32,000 nt of DNA from Paramicrosporidium saccamoebae KSL3 (lineage: Eukaryota > Fungi > Cryptomycota): assembly GCA_002794465.1 (NCBI GenBank), contig MTSL01000179.1:11205-43204 (forward strand), read 5' to 3'. Made by a program: the position numbers and the translations under genes. Below are positions 17,327-26,958 of the stretch, piece by piece (positions within the stretch are counted from its first letter, which is position 1; the number at the start of each line of letters is the position of its first letter). The notes under the pieces are model-generated. The model worked only from the letters and a program-made list of their open reading frames with translations, had not been told where the DNA came from and searched no databases.

Positions 17327-18637
17327 TTAGAGATCGAGGAGGAATCGCTGGGGATCCTCAAGGAGCTGCTTCATCCGCACCAAGAAGGAGACTGCCTCAC
17401 GTCCATCAATCAGCCGATGGTCATAGGTGAGAGCAACATACATCATCGGACGCACTTCTACCTTGCCCTCTACCACCACTGCTCGCTCTTTGATGGCATG
17501 CATTCCTAGGATTGCCGCTTGGGGCGCATTGAGGATGGGCGTGCCCATCAGAGAGCCAAAGACGCCTCCATTGGAAATGGTAAATGTACCACCGGCGAGC
17601 TCCTCCAGCGCAATCTTGTTATCACGAGCACGCTCTCCCAGTTCCTGGATGGTACGTTCCACCTCCATCATTGACATTCGCTCGCAGTTCCGTAGCACTG
17701 GCGTCAGCAATCCTTTAGGTGTCGCCACCGCCACCGAGATATCTACGTAATTGTGCATGACAATTTCCTTGCTTTCCATATCAAGACGCGCATTAACCAA
17801 CGGCAATTCCTGGAGGATAGAGGCAGCCGCCTTAACAAAGGGACTCATGAACCCGAATTTGACGCCATGCTTCTTAACAAAATCATCCTTGTAGCGGTTT
17901 CGCAGAGCGAGCAACGCGGACATGTCAATTTCGTTAAATGTGGTGAGGGAAGCAGCCGTGTTTTGAGATTCCTTCATACGCTCTGCAATGCGCAGACGCA
18001 TGCGAGAGAGCGGTTCACGGCGTTCCTCACGAGAAGAGGAGGCAGAATTCTCGGGCACAAAGAGGGAACGCAAGGGTTGTTTGGAGGGCTCACTCTTGCC
18101 CTCCTGGTCCAAAATAGTCTGCTGTGGGGGCGGTCTTAATGGCTCACTGGCCGTCTTTGTATTAGTGGGAGGAGTGGTTTTCTTTGCCGACTTGCTTTCC
18201 GTCTTAGTCTCAGTTTTAGTCTCTGGCTTAGTTTCTGCTTTGCTTGGTGCCGCCTGGTCTGGATCAATCTTGAATAAATCAGCGCCAACCTCGACAGTGT
18301 CTCCAGTCTTGGCAAGATGCGCCGTCAGTAGGCCCGCTTCTGGCGCATTAACGGGGATAGTGACCTTGTCGGTTTCAATATTGGCCACTGTTTCATCCTG
18401 CTTTACCCATTCTCCAACCTCTACCATTTTAGACCAGCCACCAAGTCTTACTCTTCTCCCACGAAGCCAATGTGCCCTGAGTAATAGAGTCGGCCATGAA
18501 GGGCGTCTTTATGACCTTGTCCGCTATCCATCAGTCTGATGCAGTGTAGTACCATATCCACGCAATGCACCCCATTCGCGCCATCCCCCGAAATGGACGA
18601 GACGTGCACTTTTACGAATTCCGCCAGCTAAAATCAT
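17327..18637 (-). CDS. KGD2: Dihydrolipoamide succinyltransferase (E2 of 2-oxoglutarate dehydrogenase), three exons (18637-18553, 18523-18452, 18420-17327), 416 aa
   Basis: Spliced N-terminus [13 protein letters not shown]...LRGY^[24 protein letters not shown]^KVGEW gives a mitochondrial presequence plus lipoyl domain (IETDK); catalytic [10 protein letters not shown]. Total 1251 nt in frame. Confidence 0.95.
18421..18451 (-). other. 31-nt intron in KGD2
   Basis: GTAAGA...ATGGTAG; removal gives WEKKVGEW. Confidence 0.9.
18524..18552 (-). other. 29-nt intron in KGD2
   Basis: GTACTA...CTGATGGATAG; removal gives RGYADK. Confidence 0.85.
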
Positions 18638-18672
18638 CAAATACTCCGACAAATTAATTTGTTAACCTCGTT
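18638..18672. promoter_or_regulatory. 35-nt divergent intergenic region centred on the perfect palindrome ACAAATTAATTTGT (18649-18662)
   Basis: Start codons at 18637 (-) and 18673 (+); the palindrome lies 11-12 nt from each. Confidence 0.6.
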
Positions 18673-19443
18673 ATGCAGCGGCCGTCAGACGAGGACATTT
18701 TGGTGTTTGAGAACCAAATACGGGAGGAGCAGGTGAATGTGCATCCGTTGATTAGCGTGCCGCTCCCAATGAGCATTTTACAGGACGAGTATCAGGAGGG
18801 CAGCAACCCGAATTTTCTGGCAAAGATATCAGAACTGGACACGCAGTATCGCATGCTGAGGAAGACACGTGGTGATGGTAACTGCTTCTTCCGGGCGTTT
18901 AGTTTTGGACTCGTTGAGGCTATTTGGTCACTGACAGAGGAAAAGCGCAAACAGCACATTGCCATGTTGGAGGCAAACATTACAAAACTGCTGGAGGATG
19001 CCGGATTCGACCGTGTGGCCTATGAGGATTTCTACAGCGAGTTGTTTATCACTCTGCGGGAGAACGCCACTGCAGACTATCTTGCTACAGAATGGGAAAG
19101 TGCGCCCCATCGTTCTCACTCGTTGGTGGTGCTACTGCGATTGGTTGCCTCGGCCTATCTCCGTGCCCATAGTGTCGAGTACGAGCCCTTCTTGTGGGAG
19201 CTTGAGACTGGCATGACGACGTATTGTCAGAGGTTTGTAGAATGTCTGGGTGTGGAGAGCGATCAGATCCACATCATTGTATTGGGTAAGGCGCTGGGGG
19301 TGGATGTGCGAGTAGCATATCTGGATGGAGGGGAGGGACCTCTAAATACACTATACTTTAAAGCAGATGATGCAGAGGAGGCTGAAATTTGCATCAATGT
19401 CCTGTACCGGCCCGGCCATTATGACTTGCTCTATCTTCAATAA
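18673..19443 (+). CDS. OTUB1: Otubain-family deubiquitinase (peptidase C65)
   Basis: RKTRGDGNCFFRAF (catalytic Cys), ESDQIHI, YRPGHYDLLY (catalytic His). Confidence 0.92.
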   Translation: MQRPSDEDILVFENQIREEQVNVHPLISVPLPMSILQDEYQEGSNPNFLAKISELDTQYRMLRKTRGDGNCFFRAFSFGLVEAIWSLTEEKRKQHIAMLEANITKLLEDAGFDRVAYEDFYSELFITLRENATADYLATEWESAPHRSHSLVVLLRLVASAYLRAHSVEYEPFLWELETGMTTYCQRFVECLGVESDQIHIIVLGKALGVDVRVAYLDGGEGPLNTLYFKADDAEEAEICINVLYRPGHYDLLYLQ

Positions 19444-19472
19444 ACCATAATGTGCCCGTAAACCAACAAGGT

Positions 19473-19583
19473 TGTGACGTAGAGGTAGAGGTAGAGGATT
19501 GATTAGTTGGCTATGGGACATAGAGGCAGAGGATTGATTAGTTGGCCATGTGACGTAGAGGCAGAGGATTGATTAGTTGAGTA
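19473..19583 (+). repeat. 35-nt tandem repeat x3 (R3 family)
   Basis: Units at 19473 (41 nt, extra GTAGAG), 19514 and 19549; core AGAGGATTGATTAGTTG is identical in all three. Confidence 0.92.
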
Positions 19584-19678
19584 TTTGAGTGCTAGAGTGG
19601 ATCGCTTTGCTGGGTATTTGAGGACAGTGGAATGTGTATCCATACTATTCTAGTATTAGCAGTGAATGGGTTTCCGTC

Positions 19679-19714
19679 TGACAAAGTCCGTGGTGTTATC
19701 ACCACTACTCGACA
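19679..19714 (+). repeat. R3 second block
   Basis: TGACAAAGTCCGTGGTGTTATCACCACTACTCGACA versus 11889-11924 TGATAAAGTCTGTGGTATTATCCCCACTACGCGGCA. Confidence 0.8.
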
Positions 19715-19773
19715 AGGGGATTAATGAAAAGAATTTCAACGAGCAAGAGTGTTTCTATCAAGACATACGGTAC

Positions 19774-19852
19774 ATAGACCATCATCCTCAATACACCAGA
19801 TTGTAGGATGGCTATCAGGATTATCCATAATAAGCAATTACTGTTCAACAGG
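19774..19852 (+). repeat. Dispersed repeat R1, copy C
   Basis: ATAGACCATC (19774), CCTCAATACACC, CTATCAGGATTA (19812), TACTGTTCAAC (19839). Confidence 0.7.
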
Positions 19853-19998
19853 CGTATATCTACATCTGCCTGCATCCCTACTTTAAGAATGCATGTTCCC
19901 ATTCAAAGTGATCATTACAACTCGTTTCACTTTCAACAAGCCATTGTCCACAATTTAATAAAGCATAGTGCACGAAAAGAATATCATTTTATTTATTA

Positions 19999-22900
19999 AT
20001 GCATGGCTCGATTTTCGAGCTACTGCCAGCAGGGAGCATTGACCATGCAGTTGAGGCTCGTCTGACTAACAGTGAACTCTCTGACCTGGTCATTGTCCGT
20101 GGAAGTGTCCTCGAAGTCTACACAGTCCAGGACGGTCGTCTGTGCCTCCGGTCGCGTCACCCAATGGCATCCCGGGTGCTGGACGTGGAGCGAGTGACAG
20201 GTGCTGAATACGACCGTCTGCTACTTGCCTTTGCAAATGCCCACTTTTCTGTCGTTGAATATTGTCGAGAGTTGCTTGAATTTACCACTGTATCTCTGCA
20301 TAGCTTTACGGGCGAGACACAGGACCGACTAATGGAACGTCCTACAATGGCGCTGGGAGAGCGCAAGCTCATTTCCATTGACGGAGAGGGCCGATGTGCC
20401 CTTTTACGAATTTTAGATGGCCGTTTTGCCTTGCTACCAATGGGGCGACGGAGCATTGTACTCGGCTTCTCTGCCATTGATGAGAGACTGCGAAATGTGC
20501 TAGATGTGCGCTTCTTGCCAGGCTATTTGGAAACGACAATGGCCATTCTGTATGAGCCGACCATTACTTGGCCATATCGCTATCCCGTCCGACGAGATAC
20601 TGTTGCCCTGCTGATCGTTGTAGTGGACCTGCAAAAGGAGACGCCCGTCTTTACCAAATTGGCCTCCTACGAGGGATTGCCCTCGGAGGTGCGCAGCATG
20701 TGGACGCCTGATCCCCCGCTAAAGGGAATCTTCCTACCCGGAGCAAATTTGCTACTACATGTTGAACCGGGCCATCCTACAGTTGCAGGTATTGCGTTGA
20801 ATGCGTTTGCGACACAAACCACAAAGTTGCCTGGACTGAGGAAAGGTCCCGTGTACAAGACGACTTTTGCAGGGGCAGTTTTTGTGGAGACGGATGGGAA
20901 ACTGCTAATGACGGCCGATAATGGAGAGTTGATGCAATGTCAAGTTCAGCGTGATGGAGGAGGCCGAAGAATTGAGGTGATGCCTTTTAATGGAACACTA
21001 GTGGAGGGTGTAATCAACAAAGTGACAAAATTTGCCAAAGATTTGTTGCTAATAGTCCCTGTTCTTGGAGATGCTGTCGTGTTAAAGAGGGGCACCACGT
21101 CGTTGGAAGGAAATGCTACCATGATGGATGCCGCCGAAGATGATATTTATGGCGAATCTCTGGTGGAAAAGACTACTCTCGCCAGCCATGATAATACCGT
21201 GCTGGGCAAAATTCCCTGCATTGCTCCCATCAGTGACTTTTGTGTTGGTGGGGCAGTGGAAGACTATGAGATTGTGACGTGTTCCGCAGCCGGTCGGACA
21301 GGACAGGTGAACGTCTTTAAGAAGACGCTTCCCCTCACCCGGACAACCCTATTTCAGATTTCAAATTGCAAGACTGTGTTTCCTCTGGGTGATCTGTTTC
21401 TCGTCAGCGCCGAGACATCTTCCTTACTCCTTGGGCAGGCCAATGGAATGATGGAAAGGATTGCCGGCGCCATTGTAGATACAGAGGCTACTGTATTTGC
21501 TTGCAATACGCAATTTGGGGTATTGCAAGTCACAAATAGTCTGGTGAGATTGATGACAACGGATGCGTCAATGGTTATTGCTGATCTGACAATTAATGCA
21601 TTCAGTGCGCCCATTTCGGTTCAGTATTGTGATAGCGTGGTAATGATTCGTCACGAAGATTACTCATTGTCGCTATACCATCTCAGTGCACCCGGAACCC
21701 TTGCTGAGCTTTCCACTATGACGAACATATTATGCGCTGATCTATACCAAGATGATAATAATATTGTGTTACTGGCGATTATACCTAGAAATTCGGGCTG
21801 TCTGCGCATCATCCGTCTTCAGGACGGTGAGGTACTGTTTGAGAATAATTTATTTCCCTCCCTACCAGCCGTCCTCATCCGAGATGTCCCACTGGCGCAG
21901 GCCATGACAAATGATATTGACGCAATCTGCTTCTTGGACCATGGGAAGCTGATGTGTGTCAATTCGCGCGAGTGTGGAGTAATTTTGTATCGGAGGATGG
22001 CCAATTCCTTTGTCAAGCTCCCTCCGTCCCAATATGCGGCAATGTCACTTGCCGAAGAGGTGGTCTTGAGGAGAGTCCGAATTTCCAGTAAAGAGTGCAT
22101 TCTGGTTAGCAACAAATCCAATTCATGGATCATCTCACTGGGACTACTAAACTATCCGCGTATCCATCCAGTGCGACTGTCGACCAAGCTCGTCTCCATT
22201 TCCGCCACCGATTTTGGAATTTACGAACAAGGAGGAGCCTACTCACGAGTGGTTTTGGACGAAGCCTTTGAGATTGACTATGAATGTCCTTTTCGACGGA
22301 TATCTTTCGAGGACGAGGCAGTCAAAGCAATTGTATATCACGAGCCCTCGTCGACCTATTCGTTGATTTCAACCAAATTGACTCCATTTAGTCTGCCCAA
22401 AGACGACTACGCGCCAATTTCGGACAATGTAGACTTTGTCGTTCCGGTGGACGCCTTTGCCCCCGAAGGGAGTGCCTACAGCCTCAAGCTGTTGTCATCA
22501 CGGGCGTGGAAGGTGATTGATGAGTTTGCATTGAACGAGGATGAATATGGACTGTGTCTGGCCTCAGCCACTCTGGAGACTAAACAGACGACTAGTGGAC
22601 GTCAACCATTTGTAGTCTTGGGCACTTCCATTAACCGCGGCGAAGATCGACCCGCCCGAGGACGGATTGTGATTTTTGATGTAATTGAGATTGTACCGGA
22701 AGTGGATCGACCTGAAACGGATCGACGCTATAAACTGCTGGCAGATTGTGAAATGAAGGGACCGGCTACAGCAGTGTGTCATATGAACGGCTATCTTGTG
22801 GTCAGTATCGGCGCTAAAATTATTGTGCACTCATTTGAGGACAATGACTCGCTCACCGGAGTGGCGTTTGTCGACGTGGGAGTGTATGCAACGAATCTGG

Positions 22901-23532
22901 TGGCTCTCAAAAACTTTTTTGCTGTCGGAGACATTTGCAAGTCAATTTCGTTCCACGCGTTCCAAGAAAAGCCGCCAAAAGTGGTGACTTTGGCCCGAGA
23001 TTATGAGAATTGCATGGTGACAGCCCTGGAGTATTGCGTAGATGGAACGACAGGAAGATGCTGTATTGTGGCGGCTGATAATTTGGGCAATGTGCATTTG
23101 CTCAAATATGCCCCCACATCCATGGAGAGTGATGGCGGAATGTGTCTCGTTTTTCAGGGTACCTTCCGCACTAGTGAATCGATTGTCAAAATGCGCCGTA
23201 TTGCCACAGGCAACAGTCATGTTTGTTTATTGGCAGGTCGGAGTGGCCACATTAGAGCCATTCTGCCGCTCTCTGAGACGCTAACCCGGCGACTCCATTC
23301 ATTATTGCTCCGTCTTTCCGCCAGTATTCCCCACGGTGCAGGGATCCATCCGCGATCACTACCGGCGTCCCCGCTGGTTAATCGACCGCTGGGTCGGACC
23401 GCTCTGGTGGATGCCACTTCGGTGGGGGTTCTGAGGTGGCTGGAGCTGCCCCGGATGGCACGTGGCCATTTGCTAGCTACAATGGGCATTTCCAGTGTCA
23501 ATGCCGCCCTTGCCGAGGCCATTAACTTGTGA
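19999..23532 (+). CDS. CFT1: Cleavage and polyadenylation specificity factor subunit 1 (CPSF160/Cft1)
   Basis: 1177-aa beta-propeller protein; C-terminal CPSF_A-type GTSINRGEDRPARGRIVIFDVIEIVPEVDRPET, KGPATAV, GDICKSISF...LARD. Confidence 0.9.
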   Translation: MHGSIFELLPAGSIDHAVEARLTNSELSDLVIVRGSVLEVYTVQDGRLCLRSRHPMASRVLDVERVTGAEYDRLLLAFANAHFSVVEYCRELLEFTTVSLHSFTGETQDRLMERPTMALGERKLISIDGEGRCALLRILDGRFALLPMGRRSIVLGFSAIDERLRNVLDVRFLPGYLETTMAILYEPTITWPYRYPVRRDTVALLIVVVDLQKETPVFTKLASYEGLPSEVRSMWTPDPPLKGIFLPGANLLLHVEPGHPTVAGIALNAFATQTTKLPGLRKGPVYKTTFAGAVFVETDGKLLMTADNGELMQCQVQRDGGGRRIEVMPFNGTLVEGVINKVTKFAKDLLLIVPVLGDAVVLKRGTTSLEGNATMMDAAEDDIYGESLVEKTTLASHDNTVLGKIPCIAPISDFCVGGAVEDYEIVTCSAAGRTGQVNVFKKTLPLTRTTLFQISNCKTVFPLGDLFLVSAETSSLLLGQANGMMERIAGAIVDTEATVFACNTQFGVLQVTNSLVRLMTTDASMVIADLTINAFSAPISVQYCDSVVMIRHEDYSLSLYHLSAPGTLAELSTMTNILCADLYQDDNNIVLLAIIPRNSGCLRIIRLQDGEVLFENNLFPSLPAVLIRDVPLAQAMTNDIDAICFLDHGKLMCVNSRECGVILYRRMANSFVKLPPSQYAAMSLAEEVVLRRVRISSKECILVSNKSNSWIISLGLLNYPRIHPVRLSTKLVSISATDFGIYEQGGAYSRVVLDEAFEIDYECPFRRISFEDEAVKAIVYHEPSSTYSLISTKLTPFSLPKDDYAPISDNVDFVVPVDAFAPEGSAYSLKLLSSRAWKVIDEFALNEDEYGLCLASATLETKQTTSGRQPFVVLGTSINRGEDRPARGRIVIFDVIEIVPEVDRPETDRRYKLLADCEMKGPATAVCHMNGYLVVSIGAKIIVHSFEDNDSLTGVAFVDVGVYATNLVALKNFFAVGDICKSISFHAFQEKPPKVVTLARDYENCMVTALEYCVDGTTGRCCIVAADNLGNVHLLKYAPTSMESDGGMCLVFQGTFRTSESIVKMRRIATGNSHVCLLAGRSGHIRAILPLSETLTRRLHSLLLRLSASIPHGAGIHPRSLPASPLVNRPLGRTALVDATSVGVLRWLELPRMARGHLLATMGISSVNAALAEAINL

Positions 23533-23822
23533 CCCACTTATATTGAATATACACTTTTCTTGGCCAATAGATCTATAATGGAATATAGAACAGTCGAGTT
23601 CTCCCATAATCACCTTTGGTATGTGGTGGGCTGATTCGCGTTTAAGAGATGACAATACCTATACGGAACACGATCAAACGATGATAGGTAACATAATCAA
23701 CTCTTATTTAGCTGTACGTAGGTTGTTGTGACCCTACGGAACATTTTTTATTAGAAACCCTGGCATTTAGGTGTACTATTTCACACTAGTGTATCTTTCA
23801 ATTAAATGAATTCCCATTAAAC

Positions 23823-24851
23823 ATGGTGAAGGGCGGGAAGGAAAATTCCGACCCGCTTGTGGGTAAGAATGAACTTTTTGGTGGAAGGGACCAACTCGGT
23901 AGCGGGAAAGATCAACTTGGTAGTGGCAAAGACCAACTCGGTGGTGGAAAAGTCCAAGTCACTAGCGGAAAGGACCCCCTCAGGGAAAACACACACACAT
24001 TGAACAGTAAACTCGACGGACTTGCTCTTTCTGACACGGAGCAGAAGAACCGCAAATGGTCGTTGGCTGATTTTGAAATCGGAAAGCCGCTGGGAAAGGG
24101 CAAATTTGGGCACGTCTATTTGGCCCGGGAACGACGCTCAGGCTTTATTGTGGCCCTCAAGATTATCTACAAGGCCGAGCTGGAGGCGGCCAAGGTGGAG
24201 AAGCAACTCCGACGAGAAATTGAGATTCAGTCACATTTGCGTCATCCTCACATCCTACGTCTGTATGGATATTTCTACGACGAAAAACGCGTATATCTTA
24301 TTTTGGAGTATGCACCACAGGGCGAATTGTACAAGACTCTGCGAAGGACCGGCAAGTTTGAAGAGGCCACTGCCGCCCGGTACATTCGCCAAATGACTTT
24401 GGCACTGCAATATCTACACAGTCGTCATGTCATCCATCGCGACATTAAGCCAGAAAACATTCTGCTCGGTCTGAATGGCGAGGCGAAAATTGCCGATTTT
24501 GGGTGGAGCGTTCATGCGCCTGGGACTCGACGCCAGACTCTATGTGGCACGCTGGACTATTTGCCTCCGGAAATGGTGGAGGGGAAGGAACATGCCTGGT
24601 GGGTTGATTTGTGGAGTCTCGGCGTGCTGGCATATGAGTTTGTGGTGGGTGCGCCGCCCTTTGAAGAGGCTGCCGGTTATAGGGCAACCTATCGGAGGAT
24701 TGCCAAGGTGGATCTAAAAATACCCGACACTGTCTCCCCCGATGCTGCTGATCTCATTAGAAAGCTGCTGCAACACGACCCTGAGAAACGGTTGCCCTTG
24801 GAAAAGGTTTTGAGACATCCATGGATTGTAAAGCATTGTATTCCCAAATAA
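23823..24851 (+). CDS. IPL1: Aurora kinase
   Basis: [73 protein letters not shown]. Confidence 0.96.
   Translation: MVKGGKENSDPLVGKNELFGGRDQLGSGKDQLGSGKDQLGGGKVQVTSGKDPLRENTHTLNSKLDGLALSDTEQKNRKWSLADFEIGKPLGKGKFGHVYLARERRSGFIVALKIIYKAELEAAKVEKQLRREIEIQSHLRHPHILRLYGYFYDEKRVYLILEYAPQGELYKTLRRTGKFEEATAARYIRQMTLALQYLHSRHVIHRDIKPENILLGLNGEAKIADFGWSVHAPGTRRQTLCGTLDYLPPEMVEGKEHAWWVDLWSLGVLAYEFVVGAPPFEEAAGYRATYRRIAKVDLKIPDTVSPDAADLIRKLLQHDPEKRLPLEKVLRHPWIVKHCIPK
23877..23981 (+). repeat. Coding 21-nt tandem repeat x5 (GSGKDQL) in the Aurora N-terminus
   Basis: [35 protein letters not shown]. Confidence 0.88.
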
Positions 24852-24930
24852 ATCAATTCGTGGTGGGATACTAGCGCACATACTAATAGACGTAGTCAGG
24901 CAATCTTAGTATTATGTGGTGGCTAATGAT

Positions 24931-24976
24931 AAGACCCCTTGTTGAATTCCCTGGCCCGTAGTTATACCATCTCACA
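24931..24976 (+). repeat. Dispersed 46-nt repeat R2, copy 2
   Basis: AAGACCCCTTGTTGAATTCCCTGGCCCGTAGTTATACCATCTCACA versus 2770-2815. Confidence 0.8.
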
Positions 24977-24979
24977 AGC

Positions 24980-25641
24980 ATGGCATGGGGGTGCAATACC
25001 CCCCAATATGAGGCAGAGATTAAGTATAAATATCAGCCCTACAGAACGTGCTTCTCGTTTGGAATGCCTTCGTGGCCTTCTCAGAAAAAACACGCTGGAG
25101 AAGACCGATTGGGATGCCATCCGCCCAGACACTGTCGAAGACTGGATGAGTCACTTGGGGAGGATCTAGAGCATCTTGGTCCTAAGAATCTCTCAAATTT
25201 GCCAACCAAAGTATGGGTTGATGCGCTGAGGCGTGTGAGAGCATGCGGTATCAGCCCACAAAAATTACAAGTACTCTTGAAAGCAGTGGCGATGCTTGAC
25301 CTTCATAAATTTACGGCTATTTCGGACACGCTGGTAGCGGAGGACGGGGTTGGAATAAGAGGCCTAGAGGCCACTATCACCGATGATGTGTGATTACTTA
25401 CTACGATCCAATAAACATTACCCGGATCAACTGAGCCAGTCTTTTTACATTAATTCGCGCTTGCTCCACTGTCCTGGTGGGGTCAAGGCACTAGCAAAGT
25501 TCCGAGGACAACTGATAATTTGCAACGGTCTGAGTCTGAATGCACATTACATATTGAAGAGTTGGGCCGCCACGCATCAACTAACGCGGATATATAAGGT
25601 CTTTATTAGGGGAAAACCACATTACAATCACGCGTGTATTA
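24980..25641 (+). pseudogene. Possible frameshifted gene remnant of unknown family
   Basis: Three overlapping same-strand ORFs in successive frames (24939-25169, 24980-25393, 25383-25667) tile an otherwise gene-free 800-nt gap; no family recognised. Confidence 0.3.
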
Positions 25642-26886
25642 CTAAGGGTCCTCAAGCGTCACTGTAGCCGTTTCTATTGAGATGGAGGTAAAGAAGCTCG
25701 ACTCACTGCTGGATTCGTTAAAAGTCAAAGTGTCAGTGGCAGTGGTGGTGGAGAGGAAGGTGGACAGGGACGTGATGGTCCCGGTGGCAGTGGAGATGGA
25801 GGTGAAAAAGCTGGACTCGCTGCTGGATTCATCGAAAATCAAGGTGGTGGTGATAGTTTCAGAAGAGGTAATTTCGAGGGTAACTGTGGTGGTGGAGCTG
25901 AAGCTGAGAGTGACAGAATTGGTGCTAAATCCACTGTCTGTAGTCAACAACAGTGTCTCAGTGTCAGTGGTGGTGACAGTGGAGAATTCAGTTTCGGACT
26001 GAGTCACTGTGGGCGACGGGGTGACAGAGACGATGGGGAATTCTGAGGACGATTCAATGACAGTGGTGGTGGTTAACCCCACTCCAATAGTCTCAATGAC
26101 AGTGGCCACTGTAGGGGAAACTGTGTCAGTGACAAAGGTGGTGAAATCGACAGCGGTGGAGGTGGTGGTGAGGATGCCAAATGAGGAGCTAAGCAATTCA
26201 GTGATGACGCTGAGTGTTTCTATGGTAAGGTCGAGGATGCCGGTGCTGAAGAAGCCGAGGGTGCTTAAAGGTACAACCGGTGTGGTAGTGATAAAGGAAA
26301 GGTATGGGCTGGTGATGATCTCGTCGGTAAAGACAGTTTCAGTAGTAAGACCGACACGAGACACGGTAACGGTTGTTTCGGTGGCGATCAGGGTGGTGGT
26401 GGAGATGGCACTGGCAATACTGGTTACCGTGACAATATTAGTGTACTGGAAAATATCCGAAACGGTGAGGGTGATGAAACTGGTGCTGGTGCTGGTCAGA
26501 TTGTCGTATTCGACAATAGTCCATGTGTTAGTGACGGTGAAACGCCTAACATCGACACAACCACGACTGGTAGTGGTGAGTTTAGTGGTGCGTACAGTAT
26601 AACAACAGGCACAGTCGTCGCAAGGACAATACCCGGGACATTTTCCATTGCAGCCAAACTGACAGCCACTATCGGGGAAGGGTAAGGGGGCGGGACCAAT
26701 ACCCAGACATTTGGGACACAATGGGTCACAACAAGGCAAAGAACGTGGCGGACAACAGCCTGGACAGGCACAATTGATGGGGGTGGTGGTGGCGAGGATG
26801 GGAGGAAGTTGATTCATATCCAACACGACATGATCGTGGGCAAAGATTGTTGCCACCAATGCGAAAAAGAGCAGCAGCGCTCTCAT
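25642..26886 (-). CDS. Secreted Cys-rich/Thr-Ser-rich (mucin-like) protein, paralog 1, 414 aa
   Basis: Likely ATG at 26886 gives MRALLLFFALVATIFA; 16-Cys module at 26772-26599; Thr/Ser stalk with a 114-nt internal duplication (25681 and 25795). Confidence 0.85.
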   Translation of the reverse strand: MRALLLFFALVATIFAHDHVVLDMNQLPPILATTTPINCACPGCCPPRSLPCCDPLCPKCLGIGPAPLPFPDSGCQFGCNGKCPGYCPCDDCACCYTVRTTKLTTTSRGCVDVRRFTVTNTWTIVEYDNLTSTSTSFITLTVSDIFQYTNIVTVTSIASAISTTTLIATETTVTVSRVGLTTETVFTDEIITSPYLSFITTTPVVPLSTLGFFSTGILDLTIETLSVITELLSSSFGILTTTSTAVDFTTFVTDTVSPTVATVIETIGVGLTTTTVIESSSEFPIVSVTPSPTVTQSETEFSTVTTTDTETLLLTTDSGFSTNSVTLSFSSTTTVTLEITSSETITTTLIFDESSSESSFFTSISTATGTITSLSTFLSTTTATDTLTFNESSSESSFFTSISIETATVTLEDP

Positions 26887-26958
26887 GAGCTCGACGGAAT
26901 GGACGTGTATTTTTATTACGCAGTCACTACATACATAGGGATGCCATGGCAACGACGA

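Noticed and set aside
18673-19443. Otubain as part of the secreted deubiquitinase system
   Set aside because: No signal peptide, conventional otubain motifs, and 16 kb from the USP pair; best read as housekeeping.
19473-19583. 35-nt repeats as a CRISPR array
   Set aside because: Units are directly adjacent with no unique spacers, there are no cas genes, and the context is eukaryotic.
19705-19999. ORFs 19705-19902(-) and 19808-19999(+)
   Set aside because: They overlap repeat R1 copy C, and the reading is not preserved in copies A, B or D.
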